From Elsinoe ampelina (lineage: Eukaryota), in NCBI GenBank assembly GCA_010093995.1, contig ML992511.1, positions 763,516 through 827,515 on the forward strand: a stretch of 64,000 nt of DNA, read 5' to 3'. The notes beneath the pieces are model-generated. The model ran no database searches. It saw only the letters and a list, made by a program, of their open reading frames with translations, and was not told the origin of the DNA. The translations under genes were made by a program, and so were the position numbers. Numbering within the stretch: the first letter of the stretch is position 1; every line of letters begins with the position of its first letter. Shown in pieces: positions 39,084 through 51,925 of the stretch.

Positions 39084-42000
39084 CTACTGAACGTCCATCA
39101 ACGGCTTCAACTTGACTAGCAGATTCCATTCGTCCTTTGTCACTTCGTCTCTGTAGAACTCCTTCAGACAATCGATTGAGGCTCTCGAGATGTGGCTGTA
39201 TAGAATCTCCTTGTCCTCCAGTTGTCGACCGTACATGGGCTGATTGGGGCCTTCGATCTTGATGGCCACACTCGGCTGGCCGCGTTTGCAGATCGGAATG
39301 GCCTTGTGTTCTCTCTCGATTGATGTTCTGGGACCTGTCAGTCTGGCTCAAGTATGAAGAATGGATGAACTTACACTCTGCCGAGAGTCACGACACTCTT
39401 GACATTGGTGACCGAGTTGTGTTGGACGACACAGATGGGCGTGTTGACTCGGAGAGCACCTTCTGCGACATCCACACCAATGACGATGGGATCCTTCTTG
39501 TTGAACACCTGGATGGGTTGGAGCACACATGGGAAGACAGCAAGCATCTTGCTCTCTTCTTTCTTCTTCTCCTTAATGTCGTCCATGTGCTTGGTGAAGT
39601 TGTCGAAGAGATGGTAGATAATGTCGGCAGTAAAAATCTTGACTCCCATCTCGTCGGCATGTGCTTGTGCTTCCTTATCGACTTTGACATCGAAACACAA
39701 CATGACGGCATACTCTGGCGACTTCTCCAACATGGTTGACGCTGTGATGACGTCTCGCTTGTGAACAGGACCAATGGAGATATTGGACACCGGGATCTTC
39801 ATCTGCTTTAAGAATTCCAGAAGAGCTTCCAGGGAACCAAGAGTGGAGGCTTGTACAGTGACACCGCGACCAGTCTTGGAGATACGGCTAAGCAGGTTCT
39901 CGAGATCACCCATGACATCGTCGGCAAGGTCATCCTCATCATCACCAGGCTTGACGACCAGTAGACGGGAACCAGCAATAGCATTGTCCAGACCGTTGGC
40001 CGTAATCTTGACACCCAATGCTGCCTTGACCTCCTTGTTGTGCACGTAGACTGACTTGACACGGAGTTCCTTCATCTCGGCGGGAGTCAATAACGCTCGT
40101 ATATCGGTTATGATAGGTCCGTCAAGACCACAGAGCACTATCCGATCGCCTTCACGGAGGATACCGTTGGACAGTACCACATCAATGGTAGTACCGAGAC
40201 CCTCAATGACCTTGACTTCAAGAACGGTACACTCAACCTCGGAGAGGTACATGAGCTGATTGGTCATCCGTTCTTGGGTAAGTTGAGTGATGAGCTTGAG
40301 CATGTCCGGGATACCTTCACCAGTGTGGGCAGAGGTGGGTACGAGTGAGACGTTACGTGCCATGGACTTGTTCTCGAAGAAGAGCTCAGAGTTAAATCCT
40401 TGCTCGGCGAAGGCAAGCTTGGTCTTCTCGAGACGATCCTTGAACTCATTCTGGACGCTCTTGTTTTGGAAAGCAAATGACTCGCGGAAACCATTGTTGT
40501 CAATCTTCTTCCAGCCGTAGAGACGATCAATCTTGTTCAGCGCAACGATGAAGGGTGTCTTCCTGTCGCGGAGAAGTCGCATTGATTCCAGAGTCTGTGG
40601 CTCGAGACCGTGCATGATGTCGACGACGAGAATGGCGATGTTACAAAGAGAAGAACCACGTGATCGGAGATTGGTGAAAGACTCATGACCTGGTGTATCG
40701 ATGATGAGAAGACCGGGGATCTTGAATTCGAATGAGCCATCGGGATTTACCACAGCAGTCTTCTTGACGAGGGCATCGACTGGGAAGTAAGTTGCACCAA
40801 TCTGTTGAGTGATACCACCTGCTTCGCCTTCCTGTACATTGGTTTGACGAATCTTGTCGAGCAATTTGGTCTTTCCGGTATCGACGTGACCGAGAATACA
40901 GCAGATAGGAGAACGCAAATTGTCTTTCGACGCTGCCTTCCGAGCGTCCTCCATCTGTTGCTTTCTGCGAGCTGCCGACTCTGCCTTTCGCTTTTGGACC
41001 GCTGTCTCTTCCTCGGAAGAAGAAGAAGAGTCATCCTCTGAATCCTCCTCGGAATCTGAGTCATCGTCCCTTGTGGCAGTACCGTTCGGCTGCTTCTTGT
41101 TGGCCTGGGCAATTTCTGCCTTGCTGCCTGCAGATCCGGGTTGAACAGGTTTGCCGTTAGCCACTGATTTGATGGTACCTTCGCCCTCGTCTGATAGAGC
41201 ATCCCAGCTGTCCTTGACGTCAGGGCTCTCGGCCTTGTCAGCTTCGACTTCCCAGTCGTCAAGCTCGTCTTCTTCCTCTCCCTTCTTCTCTTCAGCATTG
41301 GCCTTTGCTGCTGCGGCGGCCTCTTCTGCGAGTCGTGTCTGCTCTTCGTGAAGCTTGAGCTCTTCGAGCTTCTTCCGAGCCTCTTCTTCCTCGGCGGCCT
41401 TTTGAGCGGCCTCTTGTGCCTTTCGCTCCTCGGCAAGCTTCTTTGGATTTTTCTTTCTTCGATCGCGATCAGCTGGCTTCTTATCCTTGGCATCATCGTC
41501 TCCAAGACCGGCGACAGTTGCTCCGCTATCGATCATCTGTTGAAGTCGTGCTTTGGCGCGAGCCTCTGCCTCTTTCTGTGCCTTTGTCATGTACTTGCCC
41601 TCCTTCTTGAGCGCATCGATCTTGGCCTTTTCTTTAGCCCTCTTTGCTGCCTTCTGTTCAGCAAGCTTCTGTTCCTCCTCCTCGGCCCGTTTCCGTTCGT
41701 CCTCTTCACGACGCTTCTCTTCCTCTCGCTCCCTAGCCTCTTCTTCTTGACGTCTCTTGAGTTCCTCTTGTTGTTTCTGCAGAGCAGCGAGGGCTGGGTT
41801 CAGCTTCTTCTTCTTACCTCCTGCAGCGGGTGCTTCGAGGGGAGCAGCAACTTCTTCCTTGACAGCTTGAGGTGCAGCCTTGGGTTCATCGGTCTTCCCA
41901 ACGGGTGCAGTCTTCTTCTTTGCAGCAGCCTGTGAAGTATGGTCAGTAGACGTACATAACGAGAGTCCAAGGTTACCATACCTGTTCCTTCTTGCGCTGC

Positions 42001-42449
42001 TTCTCGCGCTCTTTCTTTTCACGCTCCTTCTCCTTCTTGGTCTTGACTCGTCCAGTTCCGTCTTCATCCTCGTCGTCTTCTGCTTCCTTGACCTCCTGCT
42101 TCTTGCCACCTTTACCCTTCTTGATGGGTTGACCGAAAACATCCTCATCCATGTCCGCCTCTTGCGGAGCCTTGGCATCCAAGTCGATTTGCTCCACACC
42201 ATTCACTCCATTCTCCTGCGGTGGATCCTCACCCTCGACAAAGTCATCCTGCTTGCCTTTCTTCCCTTTCTTCATTCGATTCTTTCGCAGCGTGGCGAGA
42301 AGACCAGTTGGGGGCGCCTCTTCCCCATCCTCAGCGGCTTCAGCATCTTTGGCTTCCTTTTCCGCTTGTGCTATAGGATCGATGGTCTCGCCCAGATCGG
42401 CCTCCCAGTCGTCCTGCTGCTTCTTTCCTCCCTTCTTCTTGGGTGGCAT
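39084..42449 (-). CDS. FUN12: Translation initiation factor eIF5B
   Basis: Charged N-terminus; [29 protein letters not shown] GTPase motifs; two introns. Confidence 0.97.
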
Positions 42450-42891
42450 GGTGAATGCGGTGCGGTATCAAAGTAAAGTGAAGATGTTTGCTTGGTCCAG
42501 GGAAGCGATGAACATACCCCGCGTCTGAGTGAATGGTGTAGCGCTGATGGCCAAATGACTGCGGTTTGCGGGATGTCGTGAGATCAAGCAAATGACTCAC
42601 GCTCAGAGTGCACTGTATATGCAAGAGACAGTGAAGTCCGTAAGTGTTGGGATCAGCTCGCACAAAGACCTGGTTGTCGGGAACAATGTCCTCCCCCTCC
42701 CACTACGGTTGACCATATCGTGGATCAAAAATCCAGTCGTGCGTCAGTCTTTTAAAAAGTGTTCGGCGGGGATCGGCAAAGGAAGTTGCGGCTCTGCTCT
42801 TTCTTTTCACGTACCCCACGCCTTCAACATTCGAAGCATTTCTCGACTTTACTATGTAGGACAACTTTACAAAAGTCGCAGCGCACCAGCG

Positions 42892-44053
42892 ATGGCGACA
42901 AATTCAATCAAGTTGCTTAGCGGCAACAGCCACACAAAGTTGGCCGAGTTGGTGGCGAACAGGTAGGAGGCAGAGCTTGGGATAGGAGCGAACGAGGACT
43001 GATGGCGGCCACAGGCTTGGGATCGAGCTGGCGAAGATTATGGTCTTGCAATATTCAAATCAAGAGAGCTCAATATCTATCGGAGAATCGGTACGCGACG
43101 AAGATGGTAAGCTCTCCCTCTTCTTACACAGCTCTGCATCTTCTACCTCTCTTACCCATTTCTTTCCATCTCTTTTCCCCTGCGTGACCTGTCCCTGACT
43201 CTTCAGTCTTCATCCTTCAATCCACCGCCCCGGGCGACATCAACGATGGCATCATGGAGCTACTCATCATGATCAACGCCTGCAAAACTGCCTCCGCCCG
43301 GCGCATCACGGCTGTCCTTCCCAACTTTCCCTACGCCCGCCAGGACAAAAAGGACAAATCTCGCGCACCCATAACCGCCAAACTCATGGCCAACATGCTC
43401 CAAACCGCCGGCTGTAACCATGTGATTACGATGGATCTACACGCCAGCCAGATTCAAGGATTCTTCAATGTTCCCGTGGACAATCTTTACGCGGAACCCA
43501 GCACGCTCCGCTGGATTAGGGAGAATCTGAATGTCAAAGACTGTGTCATCGTCTCGCCCGACGCAGGCGGAGCAAAGCGCGCCACCTCGATTGCAGACGG
43601 ACTCGATCTCGGCTTCGCCTTGATTCACAAGGAACGTGCCCGCCCGAATGAGGTCAGCCGAATGGTCCTCGTAGGTGACGTTGCGGGCAAAGTGGCCATC
43701 ATCGTGGACGACATGGCAGACACGTGCGGGACACTGGTCAAGGCTGCAGATGTGGTGATGAGTCACGGAGCTAAGGAGGCAATTGCAATCGTGACGCATG
43801 GTATTTTGAGCGGCGATGCCATCTCAAAATTGAACGGCAGCCAGTTGAAGAAGCTGGTGGTGACGAACACGGTGCCACATGACGAGAAGAAGGAGAAGTG
43901 TGATCGGATCGAGACTATTGATATTAGCCCCACGGTCAGTTCTATCTGCATGGTCGGCATGGCAGGGCTAATTTCTTCTAGTTGGCCGAGGCTTGCAGGC
44001 GGACGCATAACGGTGAGAGCGTGTCGTTCTTGTTCAAGCATGCACCGATATAG
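42892..44053 (+). CDS. PRS: Ribose-phosphate pyrophosphokinase (PRPP synthetase)
   Basis: [62 protein letters not shown], spliced end [18 protein letters not shown]; three introns. Confidence 0.97.
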
Positions 44054-44369
44054 AATGTCGTGCAGAGGGCGAGGGGCCGTGGAAGGTAGACAGAAAGGGC
44101 ATGAATGGACAATGGCGTTTGGAAAAGGGCGACTCCTCCCAGGTGGCTCGAATCATAGAAATATGGGCAGATCACTTATGCTGAATGGAATGCATCTCAA
44201 GATATTTCGATTCCAGTCTGTTCTAGAAATGCCAGGCAATGTGCCCGCTGCTATGCGTATATTCAGAATAACCCTCCCAATGCTCCCGACCCATGCAAAA
44301 AACCCTCGATCATCAAGACCGTCCCTACAAGCAATCTGAAGCGAAACATCCCTCCTTCCTTGTCCCCCT

Positions 44370-45173
44370 CTACTCCTCCATCATCTCCACCGGTGGCCTC
44401 GCCGTATGCACAAAAGCCTTACTCTCCCCCATCGCAACCGGACTCGTAAACTCCCTCACCACCTCCGGCTCCTCGGTCATATCCTCGACCGCAATCGCCG
44501 GCAATCCAGGACTACTCCCATGATCCACAGGATCAAACACGATCGTACTACTCCTACTCCTCATCCCACTGCCGCTCCCCCCCACACTCCCACTCCGCAC
44601 ACTAGTCGGACTAGGCGGATACTCCGCCCCAACTCCAGTCCACGAACTCTTCACCGCGTTAAGCTTACACAACGCCTCGACCAAATCATCCGCATGCACG
44701 TCCTTATTCGGCGCGTCCTCATTCCTACTCTCCCACCCGACCGGCGGACTCGGGGGCGGGGAGATGAAGAACAACTTGCCCGCGTCCGGCAGCGGGAGAT
44801 GTCTATCCTTCTCTTCCAACGCCGTCGGTTCGCCAAAGTACACCCTGACGCGGTACCCCATGACGTTTTCCCCGTCGAGGAGTTGGCGGACGTGCGTCGC
44901 GTCGTCGACGGTGAAGAAGGTGGCGATGATGCGCCGGAAGGATTTGAGCGGGGAGAAGGAGTGGAGCGGGGCTTGCGCTGAGATGGCGTCGCGGATGGCT
45001 TGGAGTTTCGGGGGGGAGAAGATGGCTGGGTCCGAGAGGTTGGTGATGATGAGTGTGTTGGACGGGGTGGAGGGGGTGGTGAGTGGGGGCAGGTCGCTGA
45101 GATCGAGGGAGAGGGAGGGGGAGTGGCGGCGTTTGAGGCTGGGGGTGCGTTGCGGGGAGGTGGTGGTTGCCAT
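44370..45173 (-). CDS. RCN1: Calcipressin (regulator of calcineurin)
   Basis: RRM-like LKSFRRII, KLFFISPPPSPPVGW, PxIxIT-like PAIAVE, C-terminal HTARPPV. Confidence 0.93.
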   Translation of the reverse strand: MATTTSPQRTPSLKRRHSPSLSLDLSDLPPLTTPSTPSNTLIITNLSDPAIFSPPKLQAIRDAISAQAPLHSFSPLKSFRRIIATFFTVDDATHVRQLLDGENVMGYRVRVYFGEPTALEEKDRHLPLPDAGKLFFISPPPSPPVGWESRNEDAPNKDVHADDLVEALCKLNAVKSSWTGVGAEYPPSPTSVRSGSVGGSGSGMRSRSSTIVFDPVDHGSSPGLPAIAVEDMTEEPEVVREFTSPVAMGESKAFVHTARPPVEMMEE

Positions 45174-45440
45174 GGTTGTGGTTTTGATAGGTGATGATGT
45201 GAGAGGTGAAGTTTGTCGAGGGAGACTGGCGGTATTTGTTTGCACTTGAGGGGGAGAAAAGGCAGAGTGCGGCGCAACAGTTGTTATAAAGAAGCAGTGA
45301 CGATACAGTATGTCGATGCGGGCTTGTTGCGGGCTGCGGGCGGCAAAAACGCCGTTGGATGCCGCGCTACTGGGATTTCTGGGTGACTGCGCCTCGCTGC
45401 AAGAGGCCATGTTCGGCTTGGCACATTGACTTCACTGCCA

Positions 45441-45779
45441 GAGGCTCGACCGCCAATTCAACATTCAACTCCGCCCGGCTTGACTTTTTCTTGCACTTTG
45501 TTGAACCCGGTCTCTTCCTGCTGTAACCTGCCCGTTCAAGCCTTTTTCACTGACTCTACCCGCTTTGCCAGTCGATATACCCCTCTTTGTTCATTCACGG
45601 TTTTCTCCCAAGAACGGACTGCTCCGCTCAACGTGGGGAAGAGGCTTAGCCAGTCAAACATCTGCCTATTGACCTTTCCACTCTTCGGATGAAACCTTAC
45701 GCCTGAGTCCGAGCGGACAGGCCACGCATCAGCCTCCCATCTGGCCTCGTCCATACGTACTCCTTCCCCTCAAAGCCTC
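45441..45779. promoter_or_regulatory. Cluster of Crz1/CDRE-like GAGGCT elements upstream of RCN1
   Basis: GAGGCT at 45441 and 45641; its reverse complement AGCCTC at 45731 and 45774. Confidence 0.55.
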
Positions 45780-46262
45780 GCATAAGAGCTTGTCAGTAGT
45801 ATTGCAAATTCAGAAACTACGCCTCAAACGTGTACTCTTCGTACCTCGTGGTATCTTTCCGATCGGCACTTCTTCGTTATTGCCAACGACCGGCCAAACG
45901 CTCAAGTACAGCATCTGCCGCAGCTGGCATGACATTTCAGGAAGGCAATCACTTTCAAAAGGAACGCAAATGTCTCGCGGCAGTGCTCAACGATGTGAAA
46001 TAGGACAGCTGTCGATAGTCACGTCCCAATGATTAGGTAGGTATACTCGATCAGCCACTTTTCAAAAGTTCTTGCTTGATTTCCTGCGTCGGGATGCTCT
46101 CTGCTACCAACGCTACAATTCTTATACAGTACAGTAATAGATTTTGTGCTCCTTCTCTGTGGAGACTTTGCTTCTCTCACTCATCCAAAATGCATCCACA
46201 TGTGGACAGATGTTTTGCCTGCTGTCCAAGCCACACTCGTGCGTGCAATATGAGGCTGGTGC

Positions 46263-48004
46263 TTAACCCATGACCATACCCTTGAGGCCGGCCATATCGC
46301 CTTCCTTGGCTGCAATCTCAAAGTAAGAGTAGATGATGCTGTGATTGTCAGTGCACGACCGGGTCGCAAGTGGGCAGTGTACTCACGTGACAGCCATAAG
46401 AATTCCGGTACCGCTTCCGAGAGCTCCGACAAGATCGCTGGTGATAGACAGAGCACCGATGCAAGCACCTCCGAAAGCAGCCGCAGTGGGAATGACACGC
46501 TTGAGTTCTCTGTACATTGACTCATCACGGTGACCAGCCATGACCAGACCTTGATCCTTGAGTTGCTTCGCGACGTCACGGGGGCTAGATCCGGAAACCT
46601 CGATCCAAGTCTTGGAGAATGCAGCACATGCAATCAGCATGTAAGCGACGAAGACAGCGGTGTGAACTGGGTCCAGAAGAGCATCCTTGAAGTTGAGAGG
46701 GGGAGACATGTAGTAGGCAAGACCAGAAATCGGCTGCAGCTGGGCAGAGCCATCTTTCGCCTCCCAGGTACCGATGAGCCTGACAAGCAAGTTGTCGCTG
46801 AAGCGGGAGAAGAGCATCTGGCTGACCAAGAAAACGTTGGAGGAAAGAGCGGATTGAAGCATGATGGGCATGTTGGAGGTGTAGAACAGACGGACTGGGT
46901 ACGATCCGCGCATACCACGCTGGCGGTTAGACTTGACGGGAATTTCAACACGGAAGCCCTGGAGGTAGATGACAGCGCCGAAGACAGCCAGGGTCGCGAT
47001 GAGGTTCATGACGTTGGGCAGGTTCTGGCGGTAGAATGCTTCCTTGAGAGCGAGCTGCTTGTTGGGCCAAGTGACCAGCAAGTGGACCAGAGCAATGATG
47101 GCACCCTCAAATTCGGGTCCACGACCAGTGTTGATCGTGGTTGGCGAGAAAGCCTTCCACACGATAGACTCGCAAATGTTGGTCGCGATGAAGAGCGAGA
47201 TACCACTGCCGAGACCATAACCCTTCTGGAGGAGCTCGTCTAAGAGAATGACGATCAAGGCCGCAGTCAAGAGCTGTACAACCAGGAGAACACAGATACC
47301 AGCACCGAGGTCAGATGGCTGCCCGTAGAGACCAGTCAAGACGAAGACACAGGCCTGACCGAAGGAGAGGATGATGGCCAGAAGCTGAGAGAACACGCGT
47401 TAGTCAAGCTCCTGATCGAACGATGGTGTTGCTTTACCTTTTGCGCGGTCTGATAGAGCTCGCGGTCAGCCTTGAGGTCGAGGTTGACGTCGATCAAGTG
47501 GGTACCGGCAAGGAGCTATCCCGTTAGCGAGACCCTGATATGCTCTGAATCTTTCCTTACCTGGAAGACCATGCCGGATGAGATGATGGGAGTGATACCC
47601 AATTCCATGAGCGTTCCTCGATTACTAGCCATCATGACACGAAGCCAGTACAGCGGATCAGAGGTGTCTGTCGCGGGTCAACTCTGTCCATGCAGTATCA
47701 CCAAGCTCTTGTATGGGACCCTACCTGACGACACGATACCGTACAATGGCATCTGGCTCATGACCAAGAAGATCAAGAGTGTCAAACCCGTCCATACTAG
47801 CCGTTGATTGAATGGCGTCTTGGTCTCTGGAATGGCAATCTCGGGGATGAGAGGCGTGAAGGGCTTCACCAGGTCGAGGAATCGTACTGCAGACGAATGT
47901 GTCAGCGAGGGATATTACCAAGATGTGATTGAGATGCGCAGATCCGTTGCTATGATTTGGGAAGCAGCTGTGCGAAGGATCGAGGGATACTGACAGCCAC
48001 TCAT
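46263..48004 (-). CDS. SEC61: Protein translocon subunit Sec61 alpha
   Basis: [82 protein letters not shown]; several introns. Confidence 0.97.
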
Positions 48005-48470
48005 GGTGAAGCTCTAATGACGAGATCGATCGTGAGTCGGTATTGTACAAGCGCTTCGAGTCCTCCAATGGATCGACTTATGATCACGATGGAGAAAGAA
48101 AGGAGAGTAGAAATCAGAACAGTGCGCCTTGAATGTTCTGACCTTGGTCGCAATGCAGTGGTGATGATTCAGAAAATATGTCTGAACGCTGTACGTGTCC
48201 TAGTTTTGGAGCTCCGCAGTGTGGAGCGGCAGTTCCCGCCTCTGCTGCAAAAGGAAGCTCTCCCAGCTTCGGGTTCTCTCAGGGACCAGACGCTGCAGAC
48301 GGGAGCTCCAGGGGTCCTTCAGTGGAAAAGCAATCTCGGTCTCTGGGGCAAATCTCCGTCTCTTCTCGTCAACCACTCACACGACCACAAAATACTCACG
48401 AAGTGTATCACGTTCGGTTGTCTTAGGAACGTAGGTCATGATACATTGCTCACGCTACATTTCTACTCCT

Positions 48471-49587
48471 CTATTCTTCCAGGTCATGATAATGTCGGTA
48501 GGCTCGCTTCAACTGCTCAAAGGTGACAAAGGTGATGATGGTGGATGGAGCTCGACTGATCAGCGCCGGTGTAAGACCTTTGAACATCCAGCCCATGCCT
48601 TCATTACGGAAAGTACGAGCGAGTACGAGCAGCATCGGGTGAGTAGTGCCCTTCATGGTCATCCACCTCGCCTTGAAAACGTCCCATGGGCTGCAGATGA
48701 ATGTCGACAAGAATCCGGCCAAACAGCTCGCAGTGATATGGGTCGGTACCGAGTCCGTCAAAGAAGTACGAGCCATCAATTCGCGCTTGAACACGTCGTA
48801 TCCGGCGAGTTGCGTTGCAGTGGCTATTGCTGCTCTCCCTGCACCAACCCAAACACCCGTCCAAATACTGGCCCAGCCTTCGTGGCGGATCATGGTTGAC
48901 AGCCCGTGAACGACATTGCGGTAGTTTCGGCGCTGTTCTGGCGGCAATGACATGTCGTTCTGCATGCGTAGGCATACCACGTCCGCGAAATTGCCAGCAA
49001 TGCTGCCGATGAATCCTGACGATGCAGCCATTCCTGCCAGCGCAGCCCCTGACGGTGCGTGTGTAGGTGTCGTCGAGTTCTCTTTCAATTTCTCGTACAA
49101 TGCAAAACGGACGGTTGAGTAGGTTAGCGTTCTTGCCAGCGAGGCTGTAAGCTTGTTACAATGTCAGTCGGTGACAATCATCGGGAAGAACATCTTACTC
49201 CTTTCTAGAGTCCGCGGACGCCCTCTTCTCGCCAAATGGTCCGGAATATTTGCGTCATGACCATGCCTTGACCGACATTGGTCTGAGTCTGGAGACGAAC
49301 ACCAGCTACCCTGGATCAGTCTGCTGCATCACGGTGTGGGGCTCAAACAACTTGCCAACACCCAACGGCTGCGTGCAGCAGGAAGTGACCGCGCTAGCCA
49401 AGCCGCCAAAGTAGAAAGGGTAATGGATTACGCCATGTTCAGAGTGAATGGACTTGTTCTTCTCGACCGCGACTGGGTGTTGTTCAACCAGGAGGGAGTG
49501 GACAATAGGTGGTGGAGGTACGGGGGCATTAATGAGCGAAGAGGCTGTAGGTGCTGGTATCATGATCTTGGTACCAGAGTCGGACAT
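48471..49587 (-). CDS. Divergent mitochondrial carrier (dicarboxylate carrier DIC-like) with one in-frame TAG; may be a pseudogene or recoded
   Basis: YPFYFGGLAS, TYSTVRF, DVVCLRMQND..LP..QRRNY, QLAGYD.FK, SPWDVFK, TFVTFEQL. Introns 49355-49306 (GC-AG) and 49198-49152. TAG at 49207-49205 in EGVRGL*KG. Confidence 0.8.
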
Positions 49588-49891
49588 CTGCAGAAGAATA
49601 GAACCAATAGCTGGGTTAGGCGTGATGGAGGATTCTAGCAGATGACTTTGCGGGACAATAATGAAGCGAGACGAAATAGTAGAGACAAGGCGACCCCGTG
49701 TTCGTGGCACGTCCAGCATCTATAGCGCCTGCCTGGCTTGAATAATGTGTCTAATTATCGTACTAACTTGAAAACGCGGTGACCAGCCTCTTGAGGAAAG
49801 AAGGGGGTGGACTTGGAAGAATCTTGGCATGTGAAGCACTTCACTGCATCCTGCACCTCGAGATTTAGGGTATTCTGCAATCAGTGCATCG

Positions 49892-51496
49892 ATGCAGTTC
49901 TCGAAAGCACGGTCTTTACTTAGATCGTCATCGGCACGAATATGTGTCCAGTATCAATGGCACGTATCGAAATGCTGTGCAATACGGAGTTATAGCGCAA
50001 GCTCAAATTCTGGTCAGTACCAAATCTACCATAGTCAGGCGACTGTCTGCTTGATTACCTGGCATGCGGACTGATGCATAACACTTTGAACTTGGATCGC
50101 CTGACTGACGTGATCAGGTCCGTCGAGCTTGACTATACAAGGGAAACGGTACCAAACTGATTCGTGGACCAATGTCCCACCCTCGATCTTAGAACAGCTC
50201 TCACGCCAGCTGCACCTTCAGAAAGACCATCCTATATCAATTACACGGTCACTTATAGAATCTCGCTTTCCGAGCTACCAACATCACAATGACCTCTATC
50301 CCGTCGTCACTGTCGGGCAAAACTTCGACTCTTTGGGCTTCCCTCAGGACCACCCAGGCCGTAGCAGGACTGATACGTACTATATCAACGCCACCACCGT
50401 TCTCCGCACCCACACCTCCGCCCACCAGTCCGATACATTCCGCGCCAACACAAGCAATGGCTTCACAATCTCCGCCGACGTCTACCGTCGGGACGCCGTC
50501 GATCGATCCCATTACCCCATCTTCCACCAAATGGAAGGCGCCATGACATGGGACCGCAACAACGTCTCTCCATCTCAGTCCTTCACCGACCTCATCCAGA
50601 CTGACCTTTCACTTCTCCCGACCCACAACCTTGTCGTCGAGGATCCCAACCCCACCACTCACCCCGACCGTAACCCCCTGCAACCCAACCACGCTCAGGA
50701 CGAGGTCGAACTCATGTCCGCCCACCTCAAGCGCTCTATCGAGAACGTCGTCGTAGAAGTCTTCTCCCGCGCCGCTGCTGCGGCTGGCCATGCTCCCTCC
50801 CGCGAGCCCCTTCGCGTCCGCTGGATCGAGGCCTACTTCCCCTTCACTTCACCCAGCTGGGAACTCGAAGTCTTCTGGCAAGGTGACTGGCTCGAGGTAC
50901 TCGGATGCGGAATCATCCAGCAACCATTGCTAGATACAGCGGACGTACCCTCGCGGTCAGGCTGGGCTTTTGGCATGGGCCTTGAGCGTCTCGCCATGCT
51001 CCTGTTTGAGATACCAGACATACGGCTGTTCTGGAGCAGAGATCAACGCTTTCTAAGCCAGTTCAAGGAGGGAGAAGTGGTCCGCTTCCAGCCATTCAGC
51101 AAATACCCCGCCGCACCGCGAGACGTAGCCTTCTGGCTCCCCAACGCCCCCGAGGCCGGCTCAGGAGACGCAGTAGTAGAAACCGCAGCAGGCACCAGCA
51201 CTGCGCCCTCCCCCGCCGGAGGTCTGGACGTAGAAGGCCGCAGCCGAGAAAGCGAAGAAGCCGCTCCGTTCCACGAGAACGACATCATGGAGATCGTCCG
51301 CAACGTGGCGGGTGATAGCGTCGAGGACGTGCGGTTGGTGGACGAGTTCGTGCACCCGAAGACGGGGAGGAAGAGTCTGTGTTATAGGATTGTGTATAGG
51401 AGTTTGGAGAGGACGTTGACGGGGGAGGAGACGAATGCTTTGCATGAGGAGGTGAGGGGGGAGTTGGTGACGAGGTTTGGGGTGGAGTTGAGGTAG
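49892..51496 (+). CDS. MSF1: Mitochondrial phenylalanine--tRNA ligase
   Basis: Presequence-like exon 1, intron about 50013-50117; HPGRSRTDTYY, LRTHTSAHQ, YFPFTSPSWELE, GWAFGMGLERLAM; C-terminal anticodon-binding domain. Confidence 0.95.
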
Positions 51497-51925
51497 TCCT
51501 GTGAATATTCATGAAAAAAAGAGATCTCCGCTCAAGCTTGGGAAGGGCATTGTATATTAGGCAGAAGAGGATGGTGGGAGTGGTACATGTCGGGCGAGGA
51601 GAGAGACGCACGTCGATTCTGGCAAGTGCCGATATTACTACAACCCCTTGGTCTCTGCTCTCTGCTCGTGCGAAATCAAATCTATCAAAGGCATGTATCT
51701 ATGCCCGCGGCCACGATGGGGCGACGCTTTACTCAGTAGTAGACCACGAGTCTCTGTCGGGTTGATGAACCCCTGCTTTGCGAATATCCTTTCCCCCGAT
51801 TTTTCCCACACCCAACATGGCGAGCTGACGAATATATCCCTCTCCCCGAGTTCTAAGGAAGAGAGACGGCCCAGTCTGCAGAAGCGAAAATTGTGTCAAG
51901 TCGCAGACGTGAGCCGACCGCCTGG

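Noticed and set aside
43936..44339. Long C-terminal extension of the PRS ORF in the ORF track
   Set aside because: Read-through of an intron; the spliced form ends at 44053 with the normal PRS C-terminus.
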